A program made the translations under genes and the position numbers. Below the pieces are notes generated by a model. The model was not told the DNA's origin. It did not search any database and saw only the letters and a list, made by a program, of their open reading frames with translations. Below are positions 10,901 through 19,822 of a stretch of 64,000 bases of DNA, one piece after another. The DNA is from Myxococcota bacterium. Its GTDB lineage: Bacteria; Myxococcota_A; UBA796; UBA2385. Within the stretch, counting starts at the first letter, position 1. Each line of letters starts with the position of its first letter. The stretch covers positions 32,781-96,780 of the forward strand of contig JBIJDH010000026.1 of the NCBI GenBank assembly GCA_044344255.1, read 5' to 3'.

Positions 10901-12306
10901 TCAGCGTCGTGCTCCCCGGCCTGTTGGGCCCCTGGGAGAGCTTCCGAGAGCGCTACGCCACCCCGATCGAGCGCGACCGCGATCCCGTGGCCCAGGCCAA
11001 CCTCTCCCGCATCGTCCGGCCCTTCCTGCTCCGTCGGCTGAAGTCCGAGGTGGCCCGCGAGCTGCCCGATCGGATGGAGGTCCGGGTGGACGTCGAGCTC
11101 ACCGCCGAGGAGCGCCGTCTCTACGAGCTGGTCCGTCAGGCCTCTGTTCAGGCTCTGCAAGACCAAGACCCCTCGACCCCGCCGCAGCAGCGCCGCTTCC
11201 AGGTGCTGGCCGCGATCACGCGCCTCCGCCAGCTGAGCTGCCACCCGAAGCTTGTGGATCCGGCCTCCGAGGTCCCATCGGCCAAGCTCGCGCGCCTCGT
11301 CGAGCTCTGTGAGGAGCTCAAGGCCGAGGGCCGCCGAGCCCTCGTCTTCTCGCAGTTCACCGAGCACCTATCCCTGGCTCGGGAGGCCCTCACCGAGGCC
11401 GGCTTTTCGATGCGAAACATCGAGGGCTCCACACCCGAGAAGCAGCGCCGCGACGAGGTCACCGCCTTCCAGGCCGGCGAGGGCGACCTCTTCCTCCTCT
11501 CGCTCAAGGCCGGCGGCACGGGCCTCAACCTCACCGCTGCCTCCGACGTGATCCTGCTCGACCCCTGGTGGAACCCCGCGGTCGAAGATCAGGCCGCTGA
11601 TCGGGCACACCGCATCGGCCAGACCCGCGCCGTCACCATCTGGCGGCTCGTCGCCCGCGGCACGATCGAGGAGCAGATCTTGAAGCTCCACGCCGCCAAG
11701 CGCGACCTCGTCTCTGGGGTCCTCGACGGGACCGCGGCGGGCGGCGCCCTCGGCGTGGATGAGCTCCTCGCCTTGCTGGACGGAGAGACGCCGTCTGTCC
11801 AACCGACCGAGCCGGTGGCCCGGGCCCCGAGGCTGGCGCCGCCGCCTGCGCCCGTGCCGGTGCCCGCTCCCGCGCCCGTGCTTGCACCCGCGCCTGTGCC
11901 TGCTCCCGCGGCTCCGCCCGCGCCCGCGCCCGCGCCCACGCCCGCGCCTTCGCCGCCGCGGACCGAGTCGGTCCCTGTGATCGTTCCCCTCGTCGTCGAC
12001 ACCGACACCGAGGAGGGGCGGGCGCGGCTCCTCGCGGCTTATGGTGAGCACCTCCAGGTCGAGCTCGAGGCGGGGAGGATCCGCAGCTCCGCTCGCTCCA
12101 GCGCGTGGAACCCGCTGAGCCGGGTGGCGGACTGGGCCGAAAAGTACGGCGGCTGGACCTTGGAGAGCCTCAGCGACTACCGCGACGCCTACTTGCAAGA
12201 GGCCGAGCTCGACGGCAGCGACGGGCCCGCCTCCGACAAGCGGACCGCTCCCACCGCGGTCGCCCGCTTCCTCCGCTGGGCGAATGAGCAGGCGGGCCGA
12301 GCCTGA
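7960..12306 (+). CDS. SNF2-family helicase with degenerate SWIM, Pro/Ala linker and extra C-terminal domain
   Basis: LRPYQ, LADDMGLGKT, DEAH, TGTPMEN, FSQF, SLKAGGTGLNL, DPWWNP, QAADRAHRIGQ; start could be 8014. Confidence 0.95.
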   Translation: MAGRRPSSPSTEPLPASPMKPAPRVPPASDVPNADDSAFSRLLAWFAAERPHLLSRRLADALFTLASHPNTRQAIEARVTQSGADPTTITVREALSSAPLRALLIGARVHTMFAATLRNWAVAGAVVSPADPILPGVGSERLEAWARRNRVPDRPYMPLAGLPDLDTASWGWTLSNPETTISGAICAAPATGSRRSVWAPPPGLVKRAIEWLQQEARTQLPDPVEPFPEEGDPHSRRFRARLDELRGRLRAEVVPRAPAAEPWSVVVESHQEQIVGSSVGPWPCAGRRGSVAIGLNLQDADVPLTLRCACPNRTGARCAAGLSFLDALRGSLSAPEPGPAARAIRDTLSTPVWLRALRELDQALSVFNDTDDAPIGWIVKGEGTRRALRACRVREKKRGEGVKLDFTTQVRGHPRATFQDEKVAALTQVDSYYLKDSHLLVALETLQGHPHVFDEDRRPLQIVTGVGQLCFRSQALPSAVEVGDDELREIEVVLQIGPATLPISEAVVNTGFVEHRVGDTIYLFRLDEATVRAANALQRLGSRFPAEAAAELLPRLGQLANRTSLRMEGLGDTERCDAPTSPIVLLQRRVDGGLSVRVGVRPHESMPVIEAGLGDAQLWRGTTTGLIHITRDLDAEVLATADLCGQLGIDGTTEQIIPLGEPLLDLLDRLRQMGDTVTVEWNGSPTRLHRAVKGRDLKVQLGDQRDWFGVSGSVETEGGPIPLGELLAALRERRAWVAVGEDGWARIDEALRERLARLAAASRNVRGKEELSPLHAEVVEALREEGVQVDADREWAARVSRMREAMSSDPALPAGLQATLRPYQLEGYRWIQRLAAWAGGAVLADDMGLGKTLQALTVLQARAALGPALVVAPTSVGFNWLREAAAFTPELRVRSQRGAERYVDPATLGPGDVVVTSYDLLIRDIDRLRIPWATLVLDEAHAVKNPDTQRARATREINADLRLALTGTPMENRLSELWSLFSVVLPGLLGPWESFRERYATPIERDRDPVAQANLSRIVRPFLLRRLKSEVARELPDRMEVRVDVELTAEERRLYELVRQASVQALQDQDPSTPPQQRRFQVLAAITRLRQLSCHPKLVDPASEVPSAKLARLVELCEELKAEGRRALVFSQFTEHLSLAREALTEAGFSMRNIEGSTPEKQRRDEVTAFQAGEGDLFLLSLKAGGTGLNLTAASDVILLDPWWNPAVEDQAADRAHRIGQTRAVTIWRLVARGTIEEQILKLHAAKRDLVSGVLDGTAAGGALGVDELLALLDGETPSVQPTEPVARAPRLAPPPAPVPVPAPAPVLAPAPVPAPAAPPAPAPAPTPAPSPPRTESVPVIVPLVVDTDTEEGRARLLAAYGEHLQVELEAGRIRSSARSSAWNPLSRVADWAEKYGGWTLESLSDYRDAYLQEAELDGSDGPASDKRTAPTAVARFLRWANEQAGRA

Positions 12307-12339
12307 GGGCGCGGGCCGGGCGGGGCCTCGAGGGCGCAC

Positions 12340-12376
12340 CTAGGAACTCATTTCCCGATCGGGACTCTTTTCCTAG
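12340..12376. promoter_or_regulatory. Imperfect palindrome, candidate enhancer-binding site upstream of pilin operon
   Basis: CTAGGAA-N6-TCCCGATCGGGA-N5-TTCCTAG; perfect 12-bp core plus 7-bp outer arms. Confidence 0.5.
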
Positions 12377-12427
12377 CACCCCCAGGGCATCGGCCGAGAC
12401 GATCGGCTTCCCGCCCATCTTCCTCAA

Positions 12428-12443
12428 GGGCATGGTCTTTGCA
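12428..12443 (+). promoter_or_regulatory. Sigma54 (-24/-12) promoter of minor pilin operon
   Basis: GGGCATGGTCTTTGCA: GG-N10-GC with TTGCA, close to TGGCACG-N4-TTGCW. Confidence 0.7.
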
Positions 12444-12506
12444 TGGTGACCTGTGCACACGGGGGCGCCGAAGGGTCGGCACCCTGAACGCTCAACCCCC
12501 GAGCCC

Positions 12507-13175
12507 ATGTCCCGCGCCTTCACCCTCGTCGAGCTCTTGATCGTCCTCGCCATCCTCGCGGTGGTCGGCGCGATCGGCTGGGGGACGATGCGAGACGACC
12601 TCCCCCGCTTCCGCCTCGTCCAGACCGCCAAGGCCCTCCGCGCGGACCTCATGCAGCTCCAGAGCCTCGCCGTACAGCGCTCCCGCGAGACCCGCCTCCG
12701 CCTCGTGGAGTCTGGAGGCACGTGCACGGACACCAGCCGGTGGGGCGGGCGCTGGGTGCTCGAGGTCGGCGATCGTTCAAGCGGCTCGACCCGCTGGGAC
12801 ATCCTCCCCGAAGACAGCAGCGCCGACGCCTCCGACGATGACACCACCGAGGGCATGGTCGACATCGGCCCCGACGGCAACCGTAAGGCCCGCTTCGTCT
12901 GCCTGGAGCCCTGGTCCAGCATCGGCGGGCCGGGCTCTGGCAACGCCGACAGCATCGTCTTCAGCCCCAGCGCCTGGGTGACCAACCCGAGCACCGACTT
13001 CGACGCCGCCGGCGCCATCGAGCTCACCCTGGTCAACGAGGTGGCGCGCGAGCAGGGCGTCGTGGATGAGATCTCGATCCGCGTGGCTCGATCCGGCTTT
13101 GTCCGCCTCGAGTCTACCCTCGGCAGCTCCAGCGCCGCTTCTGCCAGCGCCGCTCCGACCTCGAGCGCGCCATGA
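12507..13175 (+). CDS. fimT: Type IV minor pilin FimT/FimU (GspH-like)
   Basis: Class III signal MSRA|FTLVELLIVLAIL; first gene of the cluster. Confidence 0.8.
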   Translation: MSRAFTLVELLIVLAILAVVGAIGWGTMRDDLPRFRLVQTAKALRADLMQLQSLAVQRSRETRLRLVESGGTCTDTSRWGGRWVLEVGDRSSGSTRWDILPEDSSADASDDDTTEGMVDIGPDGNRKARFVCLEPWSSIGGPGSGNADSIVFSPSAWVTNPSTDFDAAGAIELTLVNEVAREQGVVDEISIRVARSGFVRLESTLGSSSAASASAAPTSSAP

Positions 13176-13732
13176 CCCGCTCTCTGGTACCATCGCGCAC
13201 CATGATCTCGAGCAGCCCGCGCCGCGCCTCTCCGCTCACCCGCCCGCCCCGCGGACGGCTGGGCTTCACGCTGGTCGAGGTCCTGATCGCGGTCTCGTTG
13301 CTGGGCTTCTCGCTCATCGTGATGTTCGGCTTCCACACGCAAGCCGTGCGCTCGAACATGCAGGCCCGCAAGATCACCGACTGCACCTACCTGGCGCAGA
13401 CCCAGATGGAGCGCCTGATGTCGGTGCCCTGGAACACCGTCACCGCTCGCAGCGGGGGCCCGCTCGAGGCCGGGACCGCGGGCGGCGGGGAGTGGGATGA
13501 CCTCTACCACTCCGAGAACGGCCCCGGAGTCTCGCCCTCGGCGGTCAACGCGATGAACGAAGAGGCAGACACCTTCGGCGTCCCGACCTACTATGTGTCC
13601 TGGGATGTCGAAGATATGGACGCAGAGTCCACCTGGACCCGCTTGCGGGTGCGGTGCAAGTACGAAGACAAGGCCTTTGGCGCTTGGCGCGGCACCACGG
13701 TGTCGGCCTATCGCTACCGGGACTCCGGATGA
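13172..13732 (+). CDS. pilV: Type IV minor pilin PilV
   Basis: LG|FTLVEVLIAVSLL; LAQTQMERL; gene order; start may be 13202. Confidence 0.8.
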   Translation: MTRSLVPSRTMISSSPRRASPLTRPPRGRLGFTLVEVLIAVSLLGFSLIVMFGFHTQAVRSNMQARKITDCTYLAQTQMERLMSVPWNTVTARSGGPLEAGTAGGGEWDDLYHSENGPGVSPSAVNAMNEEADTFGVPTYYVSWDVEDMDAESTWTRLRVRCKYEDKAFGAWRGTTVSAYRYRDSG

Positions 13733-14838
13733 ACGACACCCGATCCCCGCCCCGCGCCGCGCGGCTCGACCTCCGGGTCTCGCCCCGGCGCCGTCGCGCC
13801 CGCGGCGCGTTCACCCTCATCGAGGTGATGATCGCGATCGCGCTCTCCGCCTTCGCGGTGGCCGGTCTCTACGGCCTGTTCTCTGTTCAGTCTCGACAGT
13901 TGATGACCCAGGACATCAACATGGAGATGCACCAGAACCTCCGCTTCGCCTCCGACATGCTCACGCGCAGCGTGCGCGTCGCGGGCTTCGGCACCGCGGG
14001 TGAGGTCGCCGGGATCTATGGGCCCAACGGAGCCTCCGACGAGAACGACCTCCTGCCGGTCATCATCCCCCACGACGGAGGCTCGGACGCCGACGCGATC
14101 ACGGTCGTCTACGCCGATCCTTCGCTCCAGATGGAGACCCGCAACGACATCGTGCCCACCTGCGACACCACCGAGCTGGGCTTCCGAGCGGACATGCTCG
14201 ACTACTCGGAGAAGCTCCAGCAGTATGTGGCCGGCGACACCCTGCTCTGTATGGACTTCGCCGATATCTCGGGCATGAAGTCGTACCTCTGGTCCATCGC
14301 GGGCGCCCCGGACACCACCAACGGCACCATCCCCGTCGGGGACCTCTCTGGCTACTCGGACTACGCGGCCCTCTGTGAGCCGGGTGAGAACCTCTCCCCC
14401 ATCATCTCCTGCTCGCGGGGCACCGTCGCGACCTTCTACATCGACGCCGTGGATGATGGTGTCGGGCCGGGCTCGGAGAGCCACCCTGTGCTGATGATGG
14501 ACTCGAACCTGAACTGGCCCGCCAGCGATGACGTGCCGCTGGTGGACAACATCGAGGACATGCAGATCGAGTACTGCTTGGATGACGGCACCAAGTCCGC
14601 CGACTGCTCGCTGTCCACGAGCTGGGACGATGACTTCGACACCGCCCAGATCACCAACGTCTGGATGGTCCGCATCAGCCTGCTCGTCCGCAGCGCCCGC
14701 CCCGACTTCCGCGACCAGTACCCCGGCAAGCGGCCGGCGCTCGGCAACCGCACCGAGGGTGGTGATGACAATTACTACCGGGAGACCCTCGTGAACGAGG
14801 TCACCGTCCGTAACCTTCGCTACCAGGCGGGGATCTGA
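13729..14838 (+). CDS. pilW: Type IV minor pilin PilW
   Basis: ATG 13729 overlaps pilV stop; GA|FTLIEVMIA, QNLRFASDMLTRSVRVAGFG, LVDNIEDMQIEY, VRISLLVRS, VTVRN. Confidence 0.85.
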   Translation: MNDTRSPPRAARLDLRVSPRRRRARGAFTLIEVMIAIALSAFAVAGLYGLFSVQSRQLMTQDINMEMHQNLRFASDMLTRSVRVAGFGTAGEVAGIYGPNGASDENDLLPVIIPHDGGSDADAITVVYADPSLQMETRNDIVPTCDTTELGFRADMLDYSEKLQQYVAGDTLLCMDFADISGMKSYLWSIAGAPDTTNGTIPVGDLSGYSDYAALCEPGENLSPIISCSRGTVATFYIDAVDDGVGPGSESHPVLMMDSNLNWPASDDVPLVDNIEDMQIEYCLDDGTKSADCSLSTSWDDDFDTAQITNVWMVRISLLVRSARPDFRDQYPGKRPALGNRTEGGDDNYYRETLVNEVTVRNLRYQAGI

Positions 14839-15404
14839 TGGCACACCGCCGCGCCTCACCGCTGCTCCGCGCCGTAGCCGGGCCCCGCTCGCGCGCCGCG
14901 CGAGGCGGCTACGTCATGCTGGTGGCGCTGCTGCTGCTCGCCATCCTCGCGGTGATCGGCGCCAGCACGCTGCAGGTCGCGGGCATCGACCAGCGCATCG
15001 CGCTGCAGAATCGAAAGCACATGTTGGTGCTCAACACGGCGAACGCGGGCATCGAGCACGCGCGCAACACGCTCGAAGACGCGGACCCCTCCGACGAGGG
15101 CCTGGATACGGCCTCCACCGCCCCCGACTTTGTGACGGCCAGCGACGCCGAGACCTCCTTCGGCGGGCTCACCTATGCCCACAACCTCGGCGTCTATTGG
15201 GTGAAGGCCACCTTCATGCGCTGCGGAAATCCGCCCCCTGGCTACTCCACGGAGCTCGGCGTGAACAAGTTTCGCGCGGACTACTGGATGATGAGCTCGA
15301 CGGCCCGCATGCAGGACACCGCCTTCAACAACATCAACGAGTCTCAGGCCACCACCGCTGCGGTCCTCCGCAAGGTGAAGTTCGGCTCGTGCAAGATTCG
15401 GTAG
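14838..15404 (+). CDS. pilX: Type IV minor pilin PilX
   Basis: GG|YVMLVALLLLAILAVIG lacking E5; ANAGIEHA motif. Confidence 0.85.
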   Translation: MAHRRASPLLRAVAGPRSRAARGGYVMLVALLLLAILAVIGASTLQVAGIDQRIALQNRKHMLVLNTANAGIEHARNTLEDADPSDEGLDTASTAPDFVTASDAETSFGGLTYAHNLGVYWVKATFMRCGNPPPGYSTELGVNKFRADYWMMSSTARMQDTAFNNINESQATTAAVLRKVKFGSCKIR

Positions 15405-15415
15405 GGAGATCATCC

Positions 15416-18400
15416 ATGAACCTCCGATTGAACGGCGCCCCACTGCCCTCGCCCCGCCCGAGTGATCCTCGGAGGGCGGGCCTGCTGCCGCTGCTCGGCG
15501 CGCTGCTGCTCGCCGCCCCGGGGTCGGCTCAGGCGGGCTCGGAGTACATCTCCCTCACAGAGGCCGTGCCGCCGAACATCTTGTTCGTGGTGGACATGTC
15601 GGCCTCGATGAACGATCCCTGCCCCGACGGCAGCGGCTCGGGCGGCACCTCGATCTTTTCGACGAACCCCTGTTATGAAGACGTCTTTGACGCGATCGAG
15701 AAGGTGGCGCAGCACTTCGATTGGGCCCACTACGGGGTGGTCGGCACCAGCGACGATCTGACCGTCTCGGACGGCTACTTCCCCATCGTGCCCCTCGGCA
15801 CCCCCTACGCCGAGCTCTCCGCCAAGCTCTCCGCGACCCTCCCCCACGCCACGACCACGAGCAACATCGCCGAGGCGGTGGCGGACGTCGGCGAGAACTA
15901 CCTCTCCAATTCGACCGCCTCGGACGGTGTCGACTCCGACGGCGATGGTTTCGATCTCGACTGGGCGGAGGCGCCGATCGAGTTCTCCTGTCAGAAGACA
16001 CACATCATCGTGATCACGCCCCAGCGACCGGAGGGTGACACCAACCCGAGCTCGTCCTGGACCGCCTCGCTGCCGACCAAGGACGTGACCTGCGACACCG
16101 GGGGCCGCACCACCTCAACCGACACCGAGTGCCTCTACGACAACGTCGTCTATGGCCTCTACAACGGGGACATGCGGTCGGATCTGCTCGACACGCAGAA
16201 CGTCACCGTTCACACGCTCGGCCTCGGCATCCCCGGGACCGCGGTGGCGGAGGAGCTCTTCGGGAACGCCTCCGATCAGATCGGCGGCGCCGGGCTCTAC
16301 GCCTCCGCGACCTCCGCCGACGAGGTGCTGAGCAGCATCCTGCTCATGATGCAGGACATCCGCTCGGGCAGCTTCACCCGCTCCACTCCGGTGCTCTCGG
16401 CCGCTGGAAACTACCTCATCTACACCTACTACGAGCTCAATGGCGACGAGGAGATCGCGCAGCCAGACGGCATGGCCCTCGGCCAGGGGCACATCCGCGC
16501 CTACGCGATCGACGACGACCCCACGAGCAGCACCTACGGGCAGGTCGTCCTCACCGGCCCCACTGAGTTCGGCGGCGCGGTCTGGGACGGCGGCACCTTG
16601 CTCGTCAGCCGCCTCGTCACCCCGAGCGAGTCAAACCTCGACGACCGCGACGGCGTCGGTCGCCGCGACATCTACACCTTCTTCGAGCCCGCCTATTCGT
16701 TGGGTGGCTCGCTGATGTCCGAGGCCGACAACGACGGTCGCATGGGCTTCGACTACGACTTCGTGACCGAAGTGGCGATGAACCCGACCGCGCTCGACGC
16801 CATCCTCGACACCTCGATTTCGACGACGACGGCGCCCTGCGCCAACGACCAGACCTGGGACTTCTTCGACGACTGCCTCGTGGACGGCGCCGACCTCCAG
16901 TCCATGGTCGACTTCGCCCGCGGTTACAACGACTCCACCTTCCGCTACTTCGACTCCACGCGGGGGCGGTGGCGCCTCGGGGACTCCCCCTACTCGATCC
17001 CGGTCGTGGTGGAGGCGCGTAACAACACCTACGCGATCGACCCCACCTACCGAAAGTTCCTCGACGAGCTCATCGTGAACGAGGAGGCCGGCGTCTCCCC
17101 CGACATCGTCCTGCTCGCCGCCAACGACGGCATGTTGCACGCCTTCTCGCTCAATGACAACCCGAGCACCGCCGACACCGAGGAGGGTGAGGAGCTCTGG
17201 GCTTGGATCCCGGGCTACCTGCTCTACCGCGACCATGACATCGAGTGGGCCGGTCGCCTCGCTGACCTCATGCTCTACGGTCGCACCTTCCTCTTCGACG
17301 GCTCGCCGGTGGTGGAGGACGTCTGGGTCGACGCCAACGAAGACGGCGTGAAGGACTGCAAGAGCGTCCCGGATGACTGTGAGTGGCGCAGGGTCGTCGT
17401 GGTGCAGCAGGGCAAGGGCGGCCCGGTCACCCTGGCCCTCGACATCACCGACACCGACAGCCCGAAGTTCCTCTGGGAGCAGTGGGACACCGTCGACAAG
17501 TCGGCCATCGGCTACACCATGGGCCGGCCGGTCATCGCCAACGTCTACGACACGAGCGACCCCGGCAACGTCCACGACCGCTGGGTCGCCCTCTGGGGCT
17601 CCGGTCGCGCCGTCCCCTACAGCGCGAGCACCGACTACTACACCAAGGCCGAGTCCAACCTGTATATGTGGCATATCGGGGACGACTTCTGGGGCACCTC
17701 GGACGTCGGCTATCAGGACGACTCCGGCACCGGCCACCCGCGCGGCGACAACAACCACCCGCAGTCGGGCTCCGTGAGCTCCCTCGACGTGGACGGTGAC
17801 GGACACTACGAGTACGCCTACATCTCGGCGGCCTTGGCCGTGGTGGACACGAACTCGGACGGTGACGCCGATACGATGTACTTCCCGGTGACCACCACCT
17901 ACACCGCCACCGACGAGGGCGGCGGTGGTCCCTCCGACGTGCAGGATCCCGGCTCCACCTGGATGTACAAGGCCTGCATTGACCCCACGGACCCTGGCAA
18001 CCTCACCTGGATCGAGTTCTTCGACCCCAAGGTGGACGGTGGGCTCTCCGAGCGGCCCGAGGTCTTCTACGCTGCGACCACCGCCTGGCAGACCGACGGC
18101 TCGCTCGGCGTCTACTGGGGCACGGGCACCCCCTTCGGCCGCAGCTCCAGCTCCTCCGCGGGCTACTTCTTCGCTGTCCGGGACACGGACCCGAGCAACT
18201 GCGACACCGACACCATGCAGCCCATCGACGACTGTGGCGCCAACGGCGTCTACACCATGGAGACCGGCGAGGGCCTCACCGCGGACCCCATCGTCTACGC
18301 GGGCGTCGTCTACTACTCCACCTGGAAGCCCGCTCTGGACCTCTGCGACGGTGGCACCGGGCGCCTGTACGGCCTCGACTACCGGGACTGCGCCGCCGGC

Positions 18401-18613
18401 ATCGACACCGACGGCAGCGGGGCGGTCACCAGCGACGATCTGGCTTACGTAGAGACGGCGGGCTCCTACATCTCGGGCGTCGCGGTCAGCGACAAGGGCA
18501 CCCTCTTTTATGGGAGCTCCGCCTACGACGAGACGGGCACGGGGATCGGGACGATCACCGCGAACAACCCCTTCCTCGGTACGGCGACCCTCGCCTGGAT
18601 GGAGGTCTTCTAA
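15416..18613 (+). CDS. pilY1: PilY1/PilC pilus tip adhesin with N-terminal vWA domain
   Basis: GGGAG RBS then ATG 15416; PNILFVVDMSASM (MIDAS DxSxS); LGD...S, AANDGMLHAF, GEELWAWIP, DGSP, ALDITD...PKFLWE; several DxDxDG loops. Confidence 0.9.
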   Translation: MNLRLNGAPLPSPRPSDPRRAGLLPLLGALLLAAPGSAQAGSEYISLTEAVPPNILFVVDMSASMNDPCPDGSGSGGTSIFSTNPCYEDVFDAIEKVAQHFDWAHYGVVGTSDDLTVSDGYFPIVPLGTPYAELSAKLSATLPHATTTSNIAEAVADVGENYLSNSTASDGVDSDGDGFDLDWAEAPIEFSCQKTHIIVITPQRPEGDTNPSSSWTASLPTKDVTCDTGGRTTSTDTECLYDNVVYGLYNGDMRSDLLDTQNVTVHTLGLGIPGTAVAEELFGNASDQIGGAGLYASATSADEVLSSILLMMQDIRSGSFTRSTPVLSAAGNYLIYTYYELNGDEEIAQPDGMALGQGHIRAYAIDDDPTSSTYGQVVLTGPTEFGGAVWDGGTLLVSRLVTPSESNLDDRDGVGRRDIYTFFEPAYSLGGSLMSEADNDGRMGFDYDFVTEVAMNPTALDAILDTSISTTTAPCANDQTWDFFDDCLVDGADLQSMVDFARGYNDSTFRYFDSTRGRWRLGDSPYSIPVVVEARNNTYAIDPTYRKFLDELIVNEEAGVSPDIVLLAANDGMLHAFSLNDNPSTADTEEGEELWAWIPGYLLYRDHDIEWAGRLADLMLYGRTFLFDGSPVVEDVWVDANEDGVKDCKSVPDDCEWRRVVVVQQGKGGPVTLALDITDTDSPKFLWEQWDTVDKSAIGYTMGRPVIANVYDTSDPGNVHDRWVALWGSGRAVPYSASTDYYTKAESNLYMWHIGDDFWGTSDVGYQDDSGTGHPRGDNNHPQSGSVSSLDVDGDGHYEYAYISAALAVVDTNSDGDADTMYFPVTTTYTATDEGGGGPSDVQDPGSTWMYKACIDPTDPGNLTWIEFFDPKVDGGLSERPEVFYAATTAWQTDGSLGVYWGTGTPFGRSSSSSAGYFFAVRDTDPSNCDTDTMQPIDDCGANGVYTMETGEGLTADPIVYAGVVYYSTWKPALDLCDGGTGRLYGLDYRDCAAGIDTDGSGAVTSDDLAYVETAGSYISGVAVSDKGTLFYGSSAYDETGTGIGTITANNPFLGTATLAWMEVF

Positions 18614-19765
18614 GTGCTCATCCGGGTGCGGTCGGGCCTGGGCGAGGTGGCGGCCTCGGGTTGGGACGCGCTCGTCCCCCCAAACGATCCCTTCACCACC
18701 CACGCCTTCCTCTCGACGCTGGAGGAGAGCGGGAGTGTGAGCCCCGAGACGGGCTGGCAGCCCTTGCACCTCGTCATCGAGCGGCAGGGCCAGCTCGTCG
18801 CCGCGGCTCCCCTCTACCTGAAGGGCCACAGCTACGGAGAGTACATCTTCGACTGGGGGTGGGCGCGCGCGGCCGAGGGGGCGGGCATCCCCTACTACCC
18901 GAAGCTCTCCTGCGCGGTGCCCTTCACCCCGGCGACCGGCAGCCGGCTGCTCGTGCACCCCGACGAGGCCGATCCCGCCGCGCTGCGGCGCCTCCTCGTC
19001 CAGGGGATGCGCTCGCTCGCTGATCAGACGCGCGCGAGCTCGATCCACCTCCTCTTCCTGCCGGAGGCTGAGCTCGAGGCGACCGAGGGGCTCCGCTTCA
19101 CCCCGCGCCTCAGCCACCAGTATCACTGGGAGTCGCCGGGAGTGGCCAGCTTCGAGGCTTGGCTCGGCCTCTTTCGGCACCATGATCGTAAGGAGGCCCG
19201 CCGCGAGCGTCGCCGCCCGGCTGACCAGGGCGCCATCGTGCGGGTGGTGCCCGGCGCCGAGCTCAGCCCGCGGCAGTGGGCCGCCCTCGAGGGCTTCTAC
19301 CGGAGCACCGTCGATCGGAAGTGGGGGGAGGCCTACCTGAGCCCCGCCTTCTTCGCCCTCGCCCCGACCCGCCTCGCCCACCTCGCCCTCGGCATCCTCG
19401 CCGAGGTCGATGGCGAGCCCGTCGCGGGCTCCCTCCTCTTCCAGCGCGGCGCCCACCTCTACGGCCGCTACTGGGGCTGTAAGGAGGGCTATGAGAAGCT
19501 GCACTTCGAGCTCTGTTATCACAAGCCGATCGAGCTCTGTATCGAGCGCGGCTGGACCCGCTTCGAGGCCGGAGCCCAGGGGGACCACAAGCTGAAGCGC
19601 GGGCTCCTGCCGAGCGCCACCCGCTCCGCCCACTGGCTGCGAGACCCCGGCCTCGCCGACGCGGTCCGGAGGGCGGTCCAGCAGGAGACGGTGGCGGTGA
19701 CGCGGCAGATGGAGGCCCTCGCCAGCCACGGCCCCTTTCGGGTGGAGCCGCAACCGGGCCCGTGA
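18614..19765 (+). CDS. FemAB-like GNAT family protein (DUF482 type)
   Basis: PF...FL..LEESGSV...GW, LYLKGHSYGEYIFDWGWA, YYPKL, PFTPATG, LHFELCY, FEAGAQGDHKLKRG. Confidence 0.9.
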   Translation: MLIRVRSGLGEVAASGWDALVPPNDPFTTHAFLSTLEESGSVSPETGWQPLHLVIERQGQLVAAAPLYLKGHSYGEYIFDWGWARAAEGAGIPYYPKLSCAVPFTPATGSRLLVHPDEADPAALRRLLVQGMRSLADQTRASSIHLLFLPEAELEATEGLRFTPRLSHQYHWESPGVASFEAWLGLFRHHDRKEARRERRRPADQGAIVRVVPGAELSPRQWAALEGFYRSTVDRKWGEAYLSPAFFALAPTRLAHLALGILAEVDGEPVAGSLLFQRGAHLYGRYWGCKEGYEKLHFELCYHKPIELCIERGWTRFEAGAQGDHKLKRGLLPSATRSAHWLRDPGLADAVRRAVQQETVAVTRQMEALASHGPFRVEPQPGP

Positions 19766-19822
19766 GCGGGCTCCGCGCCGGTCCCCCTGGCCCCGTCGCC
19801 CCGGCCCCGCTAATGGCCGGCG

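Noticed and set aside
7960..12306. SNF2 helicase as part of an anti-phage defence system
   Set aside because: No methylase, nuclease or other defence partners adjacent
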